A DNA stretch of 36,216 nt from Octopus bimaculoides (Eukaryota): contig NC_069000.1 of NCBI RefSeq assembly GCF_001194135.2, forward strand, positions 284,070 to 320,285. Reading direction: 5' to 3'. Position 1 is the stretch's first letter. Every line of letters starts with the position of its first letter. The notes beneath the pieces were generated by a model, which was given only the letters and a program-made list of their open reading frames with translations, had not been told where the DNA came from and did no database searches. Made by a program: the position numbers and the translations under genes. Below are positions 1-13,419 of this stretch, in pieces.

Positions 1-789
1 CGGCTGCCACAAAGACAACTCGCCATTTCTCCTTTCTCAGAAGATAAAAGTTCCCAAAGAAAGAAAAGAGAAAGGATGGGAGGTAACTTTCCGCGATCTG
101 GCTTCTTCACCTGCTTTTCATTTCCTTATTTCAGCTGTTTCAATAATAACTCGTCCATCAAGCGAAATACACCCACCCGCTCCAGCCCACCACCCTCGCT
201 TCGGTCTCCCATCACACCACCACCACCTTGCTAATCACTACAATATACACTGCACCACAGTATACCACTCGCCCTACACTGCACCATGCATTAATTCACG
301 AGGCAACTTGGAGGTGAAGTCAGAAAGAGCGAGACTGGAATCTTGTCGGATTTGGAATATTCAGCCGCTTGCTAGTCAAGTAACGAAGAGATGCATCAGT
401 TGGAAGAACGACGAGTTGACCGTCGAAACCGAGGGAGAGACTCCATCCCGAGGCCTCTGCATGGATCGGCGGAGGAAGACGGAATGGTGATGGTTACAAT
501 ACCTTTGATCAGCGCTGACCGGGGTCTAAGCAACACACACACACACACCCTAACTTGCATCATGCATCAGGCACACACTGTCCTTGTGCGATGTAGCGTA
601 GGTTAAGACGAGATAATCTACTTTTGATTATATTTCGTCGTCTTTTGCATATCAGCATCAAATTCTTAATTACTTAGCCCCCTCCCCCGCCATATATATA
701 TAAAATTTGTGTGTGTCAATTGGTCAAATGGTGTAATTCCAGTCATATCTCGAATGCTTCACTGAGTCTTCTTCTTCAGAGGGACGAAC

Positions 790-875
790 GGCCAACTTCG
801 ACAGGATTTGAACTCGGAACGTAAAACTTTTTGAGTAAAAATCGTAAGGCTTTTAATCCAATGCTCTAACGATTG
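790..875 (-). mobile_element. Degraded family-2 SINE head
   Basis: cgacaggatttgaactcggaacgtaa...ctctaacgatt. Confidence 0.55.
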
Positions 876-1447
876 TGCAAATCCATTGTTGTTTAGCCCC
901 AGGTCAGCCATGGTCGAGCAGACAACTGTGATTAAAGGCATGCCTTTTCCGGTTTGACTACCCCCTCTTTAACACACACACACACAGTCTAGCCTTCTCT
1001 CCTTTGTGTCCCCCCCTTTTTTTATTTTTTGAAAGAAAGTGACATAATCATTAGATTTCGCTGTTGTATCAAAACGGGACCGAAAGGCCGCGTCTGTCCT
1101 CTTCCGTTGGCTCTTGCCTACAACGAACACCCGCACATCAAATCCATACCAACACCCAAGAACACACCCGGGACCAATTAATAATCTCTTGCTACATTGC
1201 CGTTTAAAGCCTTTGTTGTTTTGTTGTTGCTTTTCTTTAATAATCTCGTCAACGGTCTTAAAGAGATTCTTATCCAGCTGCTTCTTCTTGGTTTACTTTC
1301 TCTAAACATTCTCACCTTTTCCCGCTGCTTCTTCGTTTAACTTCGATCCAACTTAACTGTTTCAAATTTTTTAACGATTTTCAAGATCGGTGCTAACAAT
1401 ATTAAACCAAAGAATTGGCTAAAACCAGATCCACAAAAAAAAAAAAA

Positions 1448-1457
1448 NNNNNNNNNN
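1448..1457. other. Assembly gap (N run)
   Basis: 10 N between poly-A tracts. Confidence 1.
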
Positions 1458-3189
1458 AAAAAAAAAAAAAAAAGGAAAAAAAAAAGAATCCTTAGCTTAA
1501 TAAATTCTTGTGAAGAAAAGCAGAAGAGAAACTTGAAAATTTTAACAAAACATTAATCGAAAATAGAACAATACCGCTATGGAAGTGTCAGATCTTAACA
1601 GTACAGACAACTCTAGGCATGTTTCGGTGTTATTAGACTTCCTCGGTGGAGTTTTTACTAATACTGCCTGTTGGTTGTCGCCGCTGTTATTTACTCTGCC
1701 CTTCCTCCTCTCCTCCTTATTTTCTCTCTTGCATTATAATACGTTTTCAACTAACTATATACTTTTTTTTTTAATTGTTTATAAATTATATTTTAACACT
1801 TTGAATTTTTTTATATTTCATTAACCATTCCTCAACATTGTTGTTTATCCAGACGTCGGCCGCAAACAAGCAGGGCAATCCTGCGAATAAAAAATTTGTT
1901 TTTTTTCCAGCTGTGATCAGATTACGTTTTTATCTACTTTTTTTTTCCAGACCACAATGTCTTGCCTCTTTGGGGACGTGATTAGCAGCTTTTTCTTGCT
2001 GCTCAGGCGACTACATATAGGCTCCTTTTTAAAAGAAGTGATAAACATTCCTGGTTTTTAGTTTTAGCTGAAACCTCGCATCAAATCTCGGAAAATATCT
2101 TTATGTCTTGAAATTATCTCCCATTTAGTCACCGCTCGGACATTTCTTTCTTTCAGTGTTTGTACAACATTTGATAGGTTATCCCTCTTAATTTGATTTT
2201 TACTTCTCAAATTCTAGATACTTTCCTGGGGCAATTTCCTATAACCAGTCTACTTATGGGATCGTTTGATTTGCGAAAATTGGTAGCCAGATTTCCCTCA
2301 AATCACATCAACCAAAGTTTTTTTAAAGCACAAAACAAAACCATTGAACTACTGTAATCTTGAAAAAATACGGTTGAAATGGCCGTGGCTGGAAAACCTT
2401 TCATAAGTTTGCTCAGTCGGCTGACTTCCGGTTAAATAAGTTCCGAAAAGTTATTTCTATTGACCGTTCTTTAACTGGTTTCTGTTTTAAAACTGCGGTC
2501 ATGCTGGGGCACCACCGTTGAAATGACACACACAAATATATTGAAAAATAGTTAATCTCTAAGTTATTGGTGTTTTATAACATTAGTAATCAACTAGTTG
2601 GAAACCCTTTGGCTTAAGACAATGTTTGATTCGAAGAAGAAAAAAAGCTACGCGGTTCCGGTGAGTCGAACTCAATGCGCAGCAGTCTGAAATAGTTTCC
2701 ACTGTTTTCGGGGTGGAGGTGAGGGGTTGACCAAAGCCTTAGAGTTTGGGGTCAATTTTGATCCTTTTACCCGCACGATTTTCACTGAAAAAAAAAAACT
2801 CGGATTTTTTGCCTGGAATCAAGTACCCTAACCTCCTAATATGCAGCGAACCCCTTATTTTTGTTCGGAGGAAAAGGGGGTGGGTGGGAAAACCGGACCC
2901 CCCCCTCCAATCCCGGAATCGTTGGAAAATGTGGCTAAGTTTAATGACATCGTTCGAATAGAAATGCCTTCAATTTCCACCATTTCTCAGTTATGCCCCG
3001 TTATTGATTCGCAGGTTGCAGTCCCGTCCAATTTACATTTCTTAGGATGTTGGTAATTCCGATTTGAAATTTCACTTCTTGATGAACTTTGATCCATCAA
3101 CATGTCCACTACCTGCTTGTCCATTTGGTGAGCCTGATGAGTTGAGGCTTGCGTAATATATTACGTAATCTTATGGATGCGTATTGCAT

Positions 3190-3440
3190 AACTGAATGCC
3201 TACATCACAAAATCTCATAACGAAACAGCTGTAGCTATACCATTTTCATGATGGTGCTCGAGCATGTCTGTAGGCCTACGACTGAAACCATTAAAAGAGA
3301 TATGGAGAGAGACCTCAATAAATGAGCAGGAAAAACCTTAGCGGAAGCTCGAACTCTGGTACATATCCAGGACAAATGGAAGACTGGTAATATACACAGA
3401 ATGTTGTTACAACGACGCCCTTACGATTCCGCCGGAAGTA
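3190..3440 (+). mobile_element. Degraded RTE-clade LINE 3' remnant
   Basis: From 3272 it reads RPTTETIKRDMERDLNK*AGKTLAEARTLVHIQDKWKTG, which resembles the RTE ORF2 C-terminus (GRP..RW.D.IK.D...DR..W). Contains stops and frameshifts. Confidence 0.45.
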
Positions 3441-3852
3441 GAGTTCTACACATACGATTGCCTTTATTTGTGTTAAAGGAAATTTATATACAGTTTATCT
3501 ATTCACCCCGCCCCTTCATGCTCTCTCTGTCTCTCCAGTTGGCAGCTAAGCAAAGAACTAGGGCGTCTGACAAATTGTGATTGTAACTGAACTGTTGGTT
3601 TGCATTGAATGGTATTGGGTTAGAGAAGAAACAGTGTTTCAGACAAGCTTAAGTTTTAAAAGCAACAACGCAACAACACTGTTTCAACAACGGTGAAACT
3701 AGTAACGGACTAACCGAGGTCAAGTGTAGACAATGGCTGTATTATTTCATATCAAAGATTAAGAAGTACAATCGCTGAACTACTGAGCTTAAGCTCTCGA
3801 GCTCTTATCCTCCGCCCTCATCTCTCTCTTCCCCCTCTCTAGCTCTTTCTGT

Positions 3853-3895
<43 letters not shown>
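3853..3895. repeat. (CT)n microsatellite
   Basis: Directly visible. Confidence 0.95.
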
Positions 3896-3897
<2 letters not shown>

Positions 3898-4199
3898 CAA
3901 GAAAGATTACACTCCGTTATTAAGTGATTAATTATAAAGACAGCTGGTCTCTAAGTTACATGCAAATTAACATTTGAAGAGATAAGCAATGGCGGCCATG
4001 TTGTTTTCATAGAGAAAGGAGGCGGGGGATGGGCAGCTAGTCACTCTTGCTCTGAGGTGCCAAATATTTAACACCCCAGTCTGTAGCATTGCTATGGTAG
4101 TTAGGCCCAGGGTGGATGAAGTGAAGACATGCTTGACATGTGGGGGTGGGGGATTGCTTACAGAACCGATATCGTCTGGAAGGATGGATTGGGCTTTTA

Positions 4200-4650
4200 A
4201 CGTTCAAGACAGAAGACTTGGACTGCGACCTATTCTGGCGGCCTTTTGCTGAACCGATTGGTCACGGAGAACGTAAGCGAACCAACACCGTTTGTTAAAC
4301 TGTTGGAATAACAAAGACGCATACACACAAAAAAAACAGGCTTCTGCACACTTTCCGGTTACCAAACACACTCGTAAGGAATTTGGTTGGCGGAAACTGT
4401 GGAAGCCGGTTTTATATATAAATAATGTGTTTGGGCTTGCCCGCTCCGTTCCGCTTGGCAACCGGTGTTAGTGTTTAAAAGTCCCCGTAACTTAGTGACC
4501 CAACAAAAGAAAACAGAGAAATGCCAGGCGCAAAAGAAACAGAAATATCAAGCTAAAAAAAAAAAACCGGTCGATTTATTTAAATCTTTTCAAGGCAGTG
4601 CTCCAGTATGACCGCAGTCCACTGATTGAACAAAAGAAAAATAAAAAGAA
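4200..4650. mobile_element. Two degraded family-1 SINE fragments in opposite orientation
   Basis: About 4200-4400 is a minus copy (ctttccggttaccaaacacactcgtaagg). About 4455-4650 is a plus copy (gtccccgtaacttag...gcagtgctccagtatgaccgcagtc). Confidence 0.55.
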
Positions 4651-5805
4651 CTGGCCTTGTACCGTTACTATTGCCATTAATTATTTCTGACATTTCAGAT
4701 AATACTTGATGGAGGTAGGTATGTTGGTGGCAGTTGTTTGCCTCCATTTTCAAATATCTCACGACCCTAAACTGTTTCTATTCATTCCAGGAGCTTTGGA
4801 AACCATTGTTGCTTTTGTCTGATTTCCTTATTTATTGATTCCACTTTACATTGTATTCATGTCCGATGTTTGCTTGGCACCGCCACCAAACAACCGGACC
4901 CAGTTTGACATTATCAATATAGTTAGTTACTTGGATTCTCAATGAACTACAATAGCGTTTAAAGCTGCGGCTGTTGTAATTCATTAATTAGTCATTGACA
5001 GTAATTAATATGTACGTATATTATTGATTCGTTGATGGAATGATATTTGGTGACTGGCTCGATACGTTGACAACTGATATCAATTCTTTCTCTCTCTCTC
5101 TTTCTAGTCTCAAGTGACTTTGTTGTGGACTTTGTAATTTGTTTCTTTTTCACTGATATAACAAAACAGCCTTCCAGTAGGTCGAATGACCTGCTAGAAA
5201 TAAGAGACCAGACCTCCTTAAATCGAACACTGCAGTCTTAACAAGGAGGGGCACGTTTAGTAATGCACTTCTTAGATACCTTTAAAAATGCAGGGTGGTC
5301 ACGGCTAGAATGTCTTTAATGATAGTTAAGCTTAGAATTGGTCAGGTGTTAGCTAAACCAGTTTTCAGTGTTGCATAAAGATTATTTGGAAATAGTGGAC
5401 TCTTGATGAGGAGATTGTCGTTGGAATGGATTTTGGAGATTTAGATAAAACTTGCAGATGTTCGTTTCTCAACCGCATGGTTCCGTGTTCCATCTCATTG
5501 TGCTGTTCTTTGAGCTGGCGTGGTATCTGTTAGTCTCATCTCTCGTTGACTAATGAGTTATTTGCAGAATTTGTTGCGAGGCCAAACATTGTATTTCGAG
5601 TTTATGGTAATCTGGTTTTAGAAAAAAAATAAAAACAACTTTATGCTCTTTTTAAGCGAAATGACAAAATAGATCGATAAAAGTACTGTATGATCAAATA
5701 AAACCATTAAAAGTGGTGCTCCAACATGGCCGTTCTCAGTTAATGTAAGATATAACATTGTCTATTTGGTCTCAAGATATTAAGTTAAAATTTATCTGGC
5801 TCTCC

Positions 5806-6057
5806 TCTCTCTTTCTCTCTCTCCCTCTCTCTCTTTCTCTCCCCTCTCTCTCTCCCCTCTCTCTCTCTCTCCTCTCTCTCTTTCTCTCTTCTTTCGCATT
5901 CCTACTGTATTTGCTGGTATTTATTTCATAGTAAAACTTAGAAAAACTAAATAAATCCGCTTTTTTCCTCCCTTTACAAGTTGTAAAACTTCCTCAAGAC
6001 AGCCAATCCTTATTTAATTTATCTGGACAACGAAGCAATTATAAAGCTGCGCGCGCA

Positions 6058-6104
<47 letters not shown>

Positions 6105-6146
6105 TCACTCACTTACGCGGTTTGATGTTTGTTGGATGTACGAGCC

Positions 6147-6180
<34 letters not shown>
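5806..6180. repeat. Microsatellite cluster: (CT)n, (CA)n, (GA)n
   Basis: Directly visible tracts at about 5806-5890, 6060-6100 and 6151-6180. Confidence 0.95.
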
Positions 6181-6183
<3 letters not shown>

Positions 6184-6414
6184 CTCTGAGTGGTTGATAT
6201 GGTAACCGTAGTAGGTAAAATCTCTCTCTCGGATCCCATTGTCTCAGTTAAAATCTCTTAAAACCTCCAACTTTAAACCTCTTCACTTTTATTATTGCCA
6301 TCCAAGTATTTCTGAAGTGAGAAACAAAATTGGAATCGATTAAAGGCGACTAAATAACGCGAGTTGGGGCTACAGAGGGAGATTTAGCTATTTCGAGGAG
6401 GCTGGAAGCCATCA

Positions 6415-6433
6415 CCCTAACCCTAACCCTAAC
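6415..6433. repeat. Short interstitial (CCCTAA)3 telomere-type repeat
   Basis: ccctaaccctaaccctaac is directly visible. Confidence 0.7.
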
Positions 6434-7386
6434 TTCGTGCCATCTCCGTTTGGAAGGAAAGGAATTTTTTGCGGCCCTAAATTTCCTGTAAGAATTCTTG
6501 TGTTATACGCCTGGCTTCTTTTCCTTTACGGGATGCTGGATCGATCTTAGCCCGTTCCCGTTGTTTATAGGCAAAGTACTCTATCTTTGTACTCTGTCTC
6601 TATTTGCCCTTTCTCAACACGGACCTAGGATCGACTGCGCCGGAATTTCGAGATCGAGTGGGAGGGATCCGTAACCTTGGATAGGGGTCTATTCTAGGTA
6701 CTGCCAGTCGGAGCTAGCTGAACCCAAAGTTCGTATAAGGCAGGATTACCATTCCGTTCATTAATGATTGCGGTCTGTAATCTCCTGATGAAATGATAAA
6801 GGGGACACACACACGCAAAAGCATGCGCAGATGAGGACACGTACTATAGTAAGGCATAATAGAACAGGAGACACGTGGGATGCAAAGTTGCTGAAGAGGT
6901 CACAGGTGTGTGACGAAAGCTTTCCAGACAATGGACATAAAATAAGAACAGTAATAAACAAGTGAAGAACGAATATACAGTGTGTATTTGTTTTGGAAAA
7001 TGACCGTCCCGAAATATAAAATGTTTCCACACGATTTCACAAAACCTTCAGAAACGTCAAAATTTGTGGGAATTAAACCCCAAATCTGCGTCGCCCTACT
7101 CTCTTGAATAATGGATTTGATCTAAATCCAATTTACTGACATTCTTTATTTATTGTGAAGAAAGGGACAGTGGACATTACTCTAAAGAAACGATCAGCAG
7201 TTAAAGGCTGGGGAAGGGGTGACGGAGGATCATTTGTCCATCTTTCCATATTTAGGGACACTACGCGGTCGCTCGACATGCTAGAAATAGCAGTCAAATC
7301 TTATTTAAATCACAAAAGAAAAAAAAAAGATACAGTTAATGTCTGATATACTGCAGGAAGGTCACAACTGAAAATTCTTAATTATA

Positions 7387-7585
7387 TTGGGTTGGTTTCG
7401 TAATTATTGCGGCTTTTTTTTTCCACAAATTTTATTCAACAAAAACATCTTTAAATGATTACTCCGGAGCATATTCACCATCGACTTCAATCGGTGCTTC
7501 CTATTTGCTTGGCAGACGGTCAGAATAATCATTTAAAGATGTTTTTGTTTGAAAAAAAAGCCGCAATAATTATGCCCCAACCCAA
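7387..7585. mobile_element. Mariner-derived MITE (199 bp, TA target-site duplication)
   Basis: TIRs TTGGGTTGGtttcgTAATTATTGCGGCTTTT / AAAAGCCGCAATAATTAtgccCCAACCCAA, flanked by TA on both sides. They resemble Hsmar1/MADE1 TIRs. An internal transposase C-terminal remnant lies on the minus strand. Confidence 0.88.
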
Positions 7586-9307
7586 TAGATAGTTGTGCCT
7601 GTTTAGAAGTGACCTGCGGTTAAACAGGCAGGTCAGCGGGGGAGTCTCGGGAGTCGCTCGAATCGTTATAAATGGCAGTTAATTCACACTCAAGCCTCTT
7701 TAAGTGTGTGTGTGTGCAGTCTGACGATGGTCATGGTTGGAATGCTTTTTTGGTCGTAAGTCTAATAGTTTATCAGGGTTGACCTCCGGAGCAAACCATT
7801 TGTCATATTCTTCAAACCATTTAAATCCCCCCCCCCTTCCACCTCCACACACCGATGCTACTCCGCTTCACATGATTATTGTAATGATGATGATTTGGTG
7901 AGAGCAGACCAGTTGGAAGTGGGAGTGATACGAGTGAGTCATTGAGTTGCAGCTGCTTTTGAAAGCCGACCCCGCTATTTTCTTTCTTTTTCTTCCTCTG
8001 TTGAATGGTTGAAGTAATAACCTCTGCCTACAAACTTACTTACGTCCCTGCTGCTTCACTAATATATATCATAGCAGCAGTTCATGATGATGATGATGAT
8101 GATGATGATGAAGCTACATCATACACACACACACTAGTATTAAGCGGAAAGGAAGTTCAATCTGATGAAATAATGAATTCATTTTTTTTTTCGTTTTGTT
8201 TTTCAACGTAAAATTGTAAAAGATGGTCTGAAAAGGATAAAAAAAGAAATTTCAAGAAACCTTCGGAAAGGAAAGAGAGAGAGAGAGAGAAAGCAACGAA
8301 CGATGTGACAGAATTGTTGAGGGAAGGAAAACTTTGTTGACAGCTTTAAAGGAAGGATTTGATAGTTGTTTTATTTTTTTTTTAATTAAAATAAATTGTA
8401 GTAATTAATATTGTAATTAAAGACACACCGATCTTCGTTCTGGGCCCCGAAATATTTGCTAAACAATTGTTTGTGTCGTCGACTCCAATTCAATGTCTGA
8501 TGGTTTTTATCCTTACAGTTTCGATTTTGTCAATTCCAGTTTCACACACACAAGTCTTTCATTTCTACACGTACACACGATTAGGCGTTCTGGCCGAGAC
8601 CATCCTGTTTTTTTTTTCCGGACTACATTATCTAAACATCCTTTTATATTTTTTGTTGTAATTTTTGAAAGATTTTGCTACCATTTCCAGCATTTGGACC
8701 AGCTTAGTAGAGGCAGTTCGCCTCTGGTTTTTTCTCAGCGATTTCACACATTCTGTGGAATTAATAGTGCAGAACAAGAGTCGAATAATTCTAATGGATT
8801 GTAGATAGAGAGTGTTGTTGTTAGTCTATTTTGACATGGATGTGGAAGGCCGATGGCTGGCGTCTTCTCATCTCGTCTTTGAAGACTCACAACTTCAAAT
8901 ATTGCCTTTTTTTTCTACCGTTTAAGAATGTAAGGAAGTCAGCAGAACATTACTGGAAAGTGAATTAGTCTCCTTCTTTCCAATTTGCGAGGAAACAACA
9001 AAACAGAATAAATAAATGAATCCCAACGACGGCTTTAAACTTTCTAAGCCTGGTTGTTGTTCGTATTGTCTAAGGTTTTCGCTTGGAATGTCGCTGACTA
9101 AAACTCCTTACTTTTTCTTCGTTGTCTGGCCTAGTTTTATTGTTTTTTCTGTTAGAATTCCATTTACATTTGCGATGATATAAGAATATTATAGAATCGA
9201 TTTCAACGACTCTGGGAGAATGTCTGTTGATCCTTCTCCGTCGGTGGGATTTCAACTTTGAATAGAAAGGGCCGCAACTAAATCCCGAACATTTCAGCGC
9301 TTTAACT

Positions 9308-9528
9308 GTAGCGAGCTGGCAGAATCGATAGCACACTGGTGAAATGCTTAGCGGTATTTCGTCTGTCGCTATGATCTTAGTTCAAATTACTCCGAGATCG
9401 ACTTTGCCTTTCATCCTTTCGGGGTCAATAAATTAAGTACCAGTTGCGTACTGGAGTCGAACTACCCGACTGCCCCTCCACCCAAATTTCAGGTCTTGTG
9501 CCTGTAGAAGAAAAGGATTATTATTGTT
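9308..9528 (+). mobile_element. tRNA-derived SINE (family 2)
   Basis: A-box-like TGGCAGAATCGATAG, B-box-like AGTTCAAATT, body cgactttgcctttcatcctttcggggtc, and an (ATT)n tail. Confidence 0.82.
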
Positions 9529-9963
9529 CAGACAGCAGTGTATTTTTAGAATGAAATTATCCAATGTCATTTCTTTTTCAACGTTTAGGATATTTTGAAG
9601 GCCATTGGACTGCTATTTCCAGGCTTCTAATGAAGATACCAGAACACAGTCGTATATTCGCGACTGGTTATCGTTGGGAGGTTGAGGGGGGCAGGCTATT
9701 AAATGGCCTTCCTCCTTCATTTGGATCGGAGTTATCCTTCATCACGTAAACCTTTTCATGAAAGACACTCCAGCTGTGGCAGTCCCGTCTTATTCACCGT
9801 GACAATGTCTTGGTGTTTAGAAAGACTTAGCTGCCATTTCTAGCAGGTCCAGTCTGCTTAGTCCAAGACATATGCTGGGTATTTCTTCCAAATTCCTTAA
9901 TGGCTATAACAAGTGAAGTCTCCACCCCAACATTTTCGTCTCCCCCCCCCTCGTTTCCGCTCT

Positions 9964-10518
9964 TGTTTAGCCCCAGGTCAGTTGTTCCAGCAGGCTTATG
10001 TTCTGATCAAAAAAACAACCTCTTCCTTTTGGCCATTATGACTTCCTTTTTCTAAAGGACTAAAGGGAATGTTTTGAGGGAGATTTAGCTGCTATTTCTC
10101 GCAGTTCGAGGTTTCTTCATTGACTCCTCTTAGTCGTGTAAAAAGAATTATTCAGCTTTGAACCCGAGATCAACTGCTTCGAGTCGGTGCTCCAACTATG
10201 ACCATCCTGTCTTTTTATATATTTGGTACCGGTTGATTTCATTCTTTTGCCTTTTATAAATAAGGACTTCAGGCAATTTGACTGCTATTTCTAGCAAGTC
10301 AAGTGACCGCATAGCTCATTCAGGGCTTGACTTTTTTCTTCATTCTTTACCCCAGGTCATCTCTGATCAAAAGCACTCCACCTATGACCATTCCGTCTGT
10401 TTTCTCCTTTTACCCGACACTGATTACCTCAGTCGTTTTAACTTTTTTCTTTTCTTTTTGGTGTGATTTTTGTAGGAATGTTGCTGCTATTTTTAGCAGT
10501 TCGTACGACCACGTAGAG
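9964..10518 (-). mobile_element. Three head-to-tail copies of a bipartite SINE-like repeat (family 4)
   Basis: Alternating motif A' (ccccaggtca..ctgatcaaa..ctatgaccat.c.gtct) and motif B (gagggagatttagctgctatttctagca..cgaccacgtagagg). Confidence 0.75.
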
Positions 10519-11102
10519 GTACTACCACCCTCCTCCTCGTTGGTTCTACTTGTGGAATGCAGTTTAGGCTTGGAAGAAAAGTCTTCCTGTTTTGTTTTTT
10601 TTCTCCTCCACCATCGTCGTTGTCTCTCTTGATGGTTTGTTGTGGGCGAACAACTTCCCCTCAAAATCAAACAAAACCATTCAGCTTTTGAATCGCTTAT
10701 CCTCATCTCTTCAAAGCAGAGATGAGGATGGTTGTGTCACATCCCCCCCCCTCCTTTTTCCTTTCTCTCTTGAGTAGCGGGAAGAGTTCCAAGTTAAAGA
10801 ATTCTCTTTGCTTCTCTTTCTCCTCTCCCACTCCTTTTTCTCTTCAACGCTTTGTGTGGAATGAGAAAGATGGACATTTTTTCTTCTTCTTTTCAACAGC
10901 AGTAAAAGTAGTAGCAACACATCATCATCGTTCTCATTTCTCTCCAGCTTTCCTCCTCCCCCGTCCTTTGTCAATAAATACTTCTCCTTACCCCATCTCT
11001 CTCATCTCTCCTCCTCCTTCCTTGCAAGATCTCTCTCTCTCTCTCTCTCTCCCTCCCTCCCTCAGTCCTACTTTGAGGAGTGGTAGGAGAAACTTTAAAG
11101 TC

Positions 11103-11199
11103 TCAGTTCTCAGTTCTTTCTTTCTAAGCTTCGGACATCAACAGTTTTAACTCTTCTCTCACCCTTATCTTTTTCTCCAAATCAATTAACGCGGTAAGC
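11103..11199 (+). promoter_or_regulatory. Candidate TSS and non-coding first exon of the beta-thymosin gene
   Basis: CT-rich upstream tract; Inr-like TCAGTT at 11103 and 11110 (TCAGTC at 11062); ATG-free segment ending in donor GCG|GTAAGC at 11194. The acceptor at 22607 requires some upstream exon, and CpG density falls shortly downstream of this site. Confidence 0.4.
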
Positions 11200-13191
11200 A
11201 GTGTTCATTTATTTTCCTCTTGTAAATTTCTAATTAACTTTTCTGGTTTTAACAAAAAATTGCGTCAATGACTCATTTCAGCAAATTTATAAACTTTTAT
11301 TGTATATTCCACTTAAAAACTGAAATAGTAATATTTTCATTGTTCGGTTCCCTCTCGACCCCTCAATGAACAGACCCTAATGAGGAGTTGGGGTACGAAC
11401 CCCCAAAACCTGGTCCACGTTATCCCATATCCCTCCCCCAACCAGTTCTTTATATTCTTTTGTCTCATCTTTGTTATAACGATTTGCTAACAACTTTCGG
11501 GCGAAATTTATTTGCTCTTGTTTGCCATTCGAATAACCGCGGAGAAAGAAACTCGTTTCTGACGCTTGAAAAAAACAAAAATTATGACGTTATTAGTCAA
11601 CTCTTGTAAATAGAATTTTAAAAGATTTAAATATAATTAAGGAGGTAATATAATTAAGTCGGGATTAAAATAAGTGGTTTTACAGCATCTTTGGTTTCAA
11701 CTTATTTCTTAGTTTCTGCCAAACAAAACTATAGAAATTGTACTCCGCACCGATTTTGTTTTCTAGTAACTTACTTTAAAATATTCTTTTGAAAATTTTT
11801 TTCAAATATATTTTCAATGATGGAGATTGCAGTGATGGGGTGTGGCAACGTCAATTTTTTTTTTCCAGGGTAATTTTCACCCCCTCCCCCCATCTCATTA
11901 AACTTCAAATTAATATTTTTTTTAATGGAAATTTTTCTCCAAGATACGTTTCTGAAGATGTAGAATACAATTATATTTTTGATAAAGTTTGAAAAAAAGA
12001 ATTATTCTGCATCATCAAAAACGTATTTTTAAAAAATTTTAATGAAAAATATGCATTTATCAAAATTCTCCTGGAGAAGGAAGGGGGAGAAAATTATTTT
12101 AAGTTTTTTCTTTCACCCCTCCCCCTCTCATTCATAATGTACTCCATCCAAAATATCTCTGGAAAATTTCATTAAAAAATATGTATTTTAAAGAAAGTTT
12201 CTAGCAAATAGGGTGTGGTGATGGGCACGAAACTGTAGTTATGCCTTTTAAACTGCAGATATATACTCTTCCACATTTCGACTTTGTGAAAAAGGCATAT
12301 TTTTTGATGAAATTTCTGTAAATACATTTAAGCTGGTCTAGATTAGGGTTATATCGTAATTTGTGTGGGTGAGAAGGGTCTTTGGAAGTGAGCAGGTTCT
12401 TATAATTCACACGCCTTGACTTTGCTCGGTTTTTTTCATATTCTGAAATCTATTTGTAAAAATTGTATTTAATAAGCATTTTCAGAAAGTTCTGATAAAG
12501 CAGTTTGGCTGGATTGGGAAGGCTCATTCCTGTGGTTTCAGCTGCTTTAACTCTAAAAGACCCTCACACCCCACCTTAACCTTATTGGTCCTAAATGACT
12601 GTCGTGTCCCTTGACATTTCCATTCTTACAATACATCCTTTGTTTCCCCAACATCAAGTCCCCTTCTGTTCAGCATATTCAGTTTGGAGACTGGGTGTGA
12701 TTTGGGAGAGATTTAGTTGCTATTTCTAGCATGTTGAACGACCACAGCGTTTGCTTCATTTGGTTCTGTTCTAACAATATTGACGTGTCCCAGAAGCAGC
12801 AGAGCTTCTAAACAGCCACTCAACATGCTGAAAATAACAACCAAACCTCACTCCTCCTATTCTGAAAAATAGATCTGAATAAATGAAATAACATTTGATA
12901 GTCTAAAAGAGATGGTGGAAACGTGTCTTTCTCTCTCTCTCCTCTACCATCAATATTCACCTGGGACCTCTGGATAGTTGTTACTATGACCCCTCCACTG
13001 CTTGCTTCCTCTCCCCACTCTAAACTACCCCCTACTTTACCTTCCAATCTGACCCTTTCTTCAACTTCCACAAGCCATTCATAACCAACAGCTTGTAAAT
13101 CCTTTTTCACACTCTTTGCCTCCTCCCTCCCTCCCTCCACTGCTACTCTTATCCTTCAACCCACTACCTCTTACCATACCCCTCTCATTAC

Positions 13192-13194
<3 letters not shown>

Positions 13195-13228
<34 letters not shown>

Positions 13229-13241
13229 CTCTCTCTCTCTT
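13195..13241. repeat. Compound (CA)n(CT)n microsatellite
   Basis: Directly visible. Confidence 0.95.
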
Positions 13242-13419
13242 TCCTTTCCTTTCCTCTCCTGACTCTTCTGAGATTTTTCACCAATCCCCTAAAGCTTTCT
13301 CCCTAGAACCTTTTTCCTTGTGGTTGTTTGACCTGCATGAAATAACAGCCAAATCTCCATATCACCCTCAGCACCCTTTAAAAACAATCTAGTCCCGGCT
13401 CCACTATTCCTGCAAAGCT

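Noticed and set aside
308-606. CpG-rich short ORFs at the window start
   Set aside because: No recognisable domain, and the 3' part overlaps a family-4 repeat motif and (CA)n.
1310-1425. Possible minus-strand non-coding exon (donor AAG|GTGAGA near 1316)
   Set aside because: Splice-like signals only; stops in all frames and no partner exon or gene identifiable in the window.
6415-6433. (CCCTAA)3 as a sign of a chromosome fusion or healed break
   Set aside because: Only three units, next to repeat debris; such short tracts are common inside transposon-derived sequence.
10410-11150. Overlapping 87-142 aa ORFs on both strands
   Set aside because: Low-complexity CT/GA-rich sequence with no recognisable domain; better explained as promoter-proximal sequence.
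11875-12180. Short inverted (11918-11946 / 12154-12179) and direct repeats suggesting a MITE
   Set aside because: AT-rich, gapped matches with no TSD; not distinguishable from low-complexity chance similarity.
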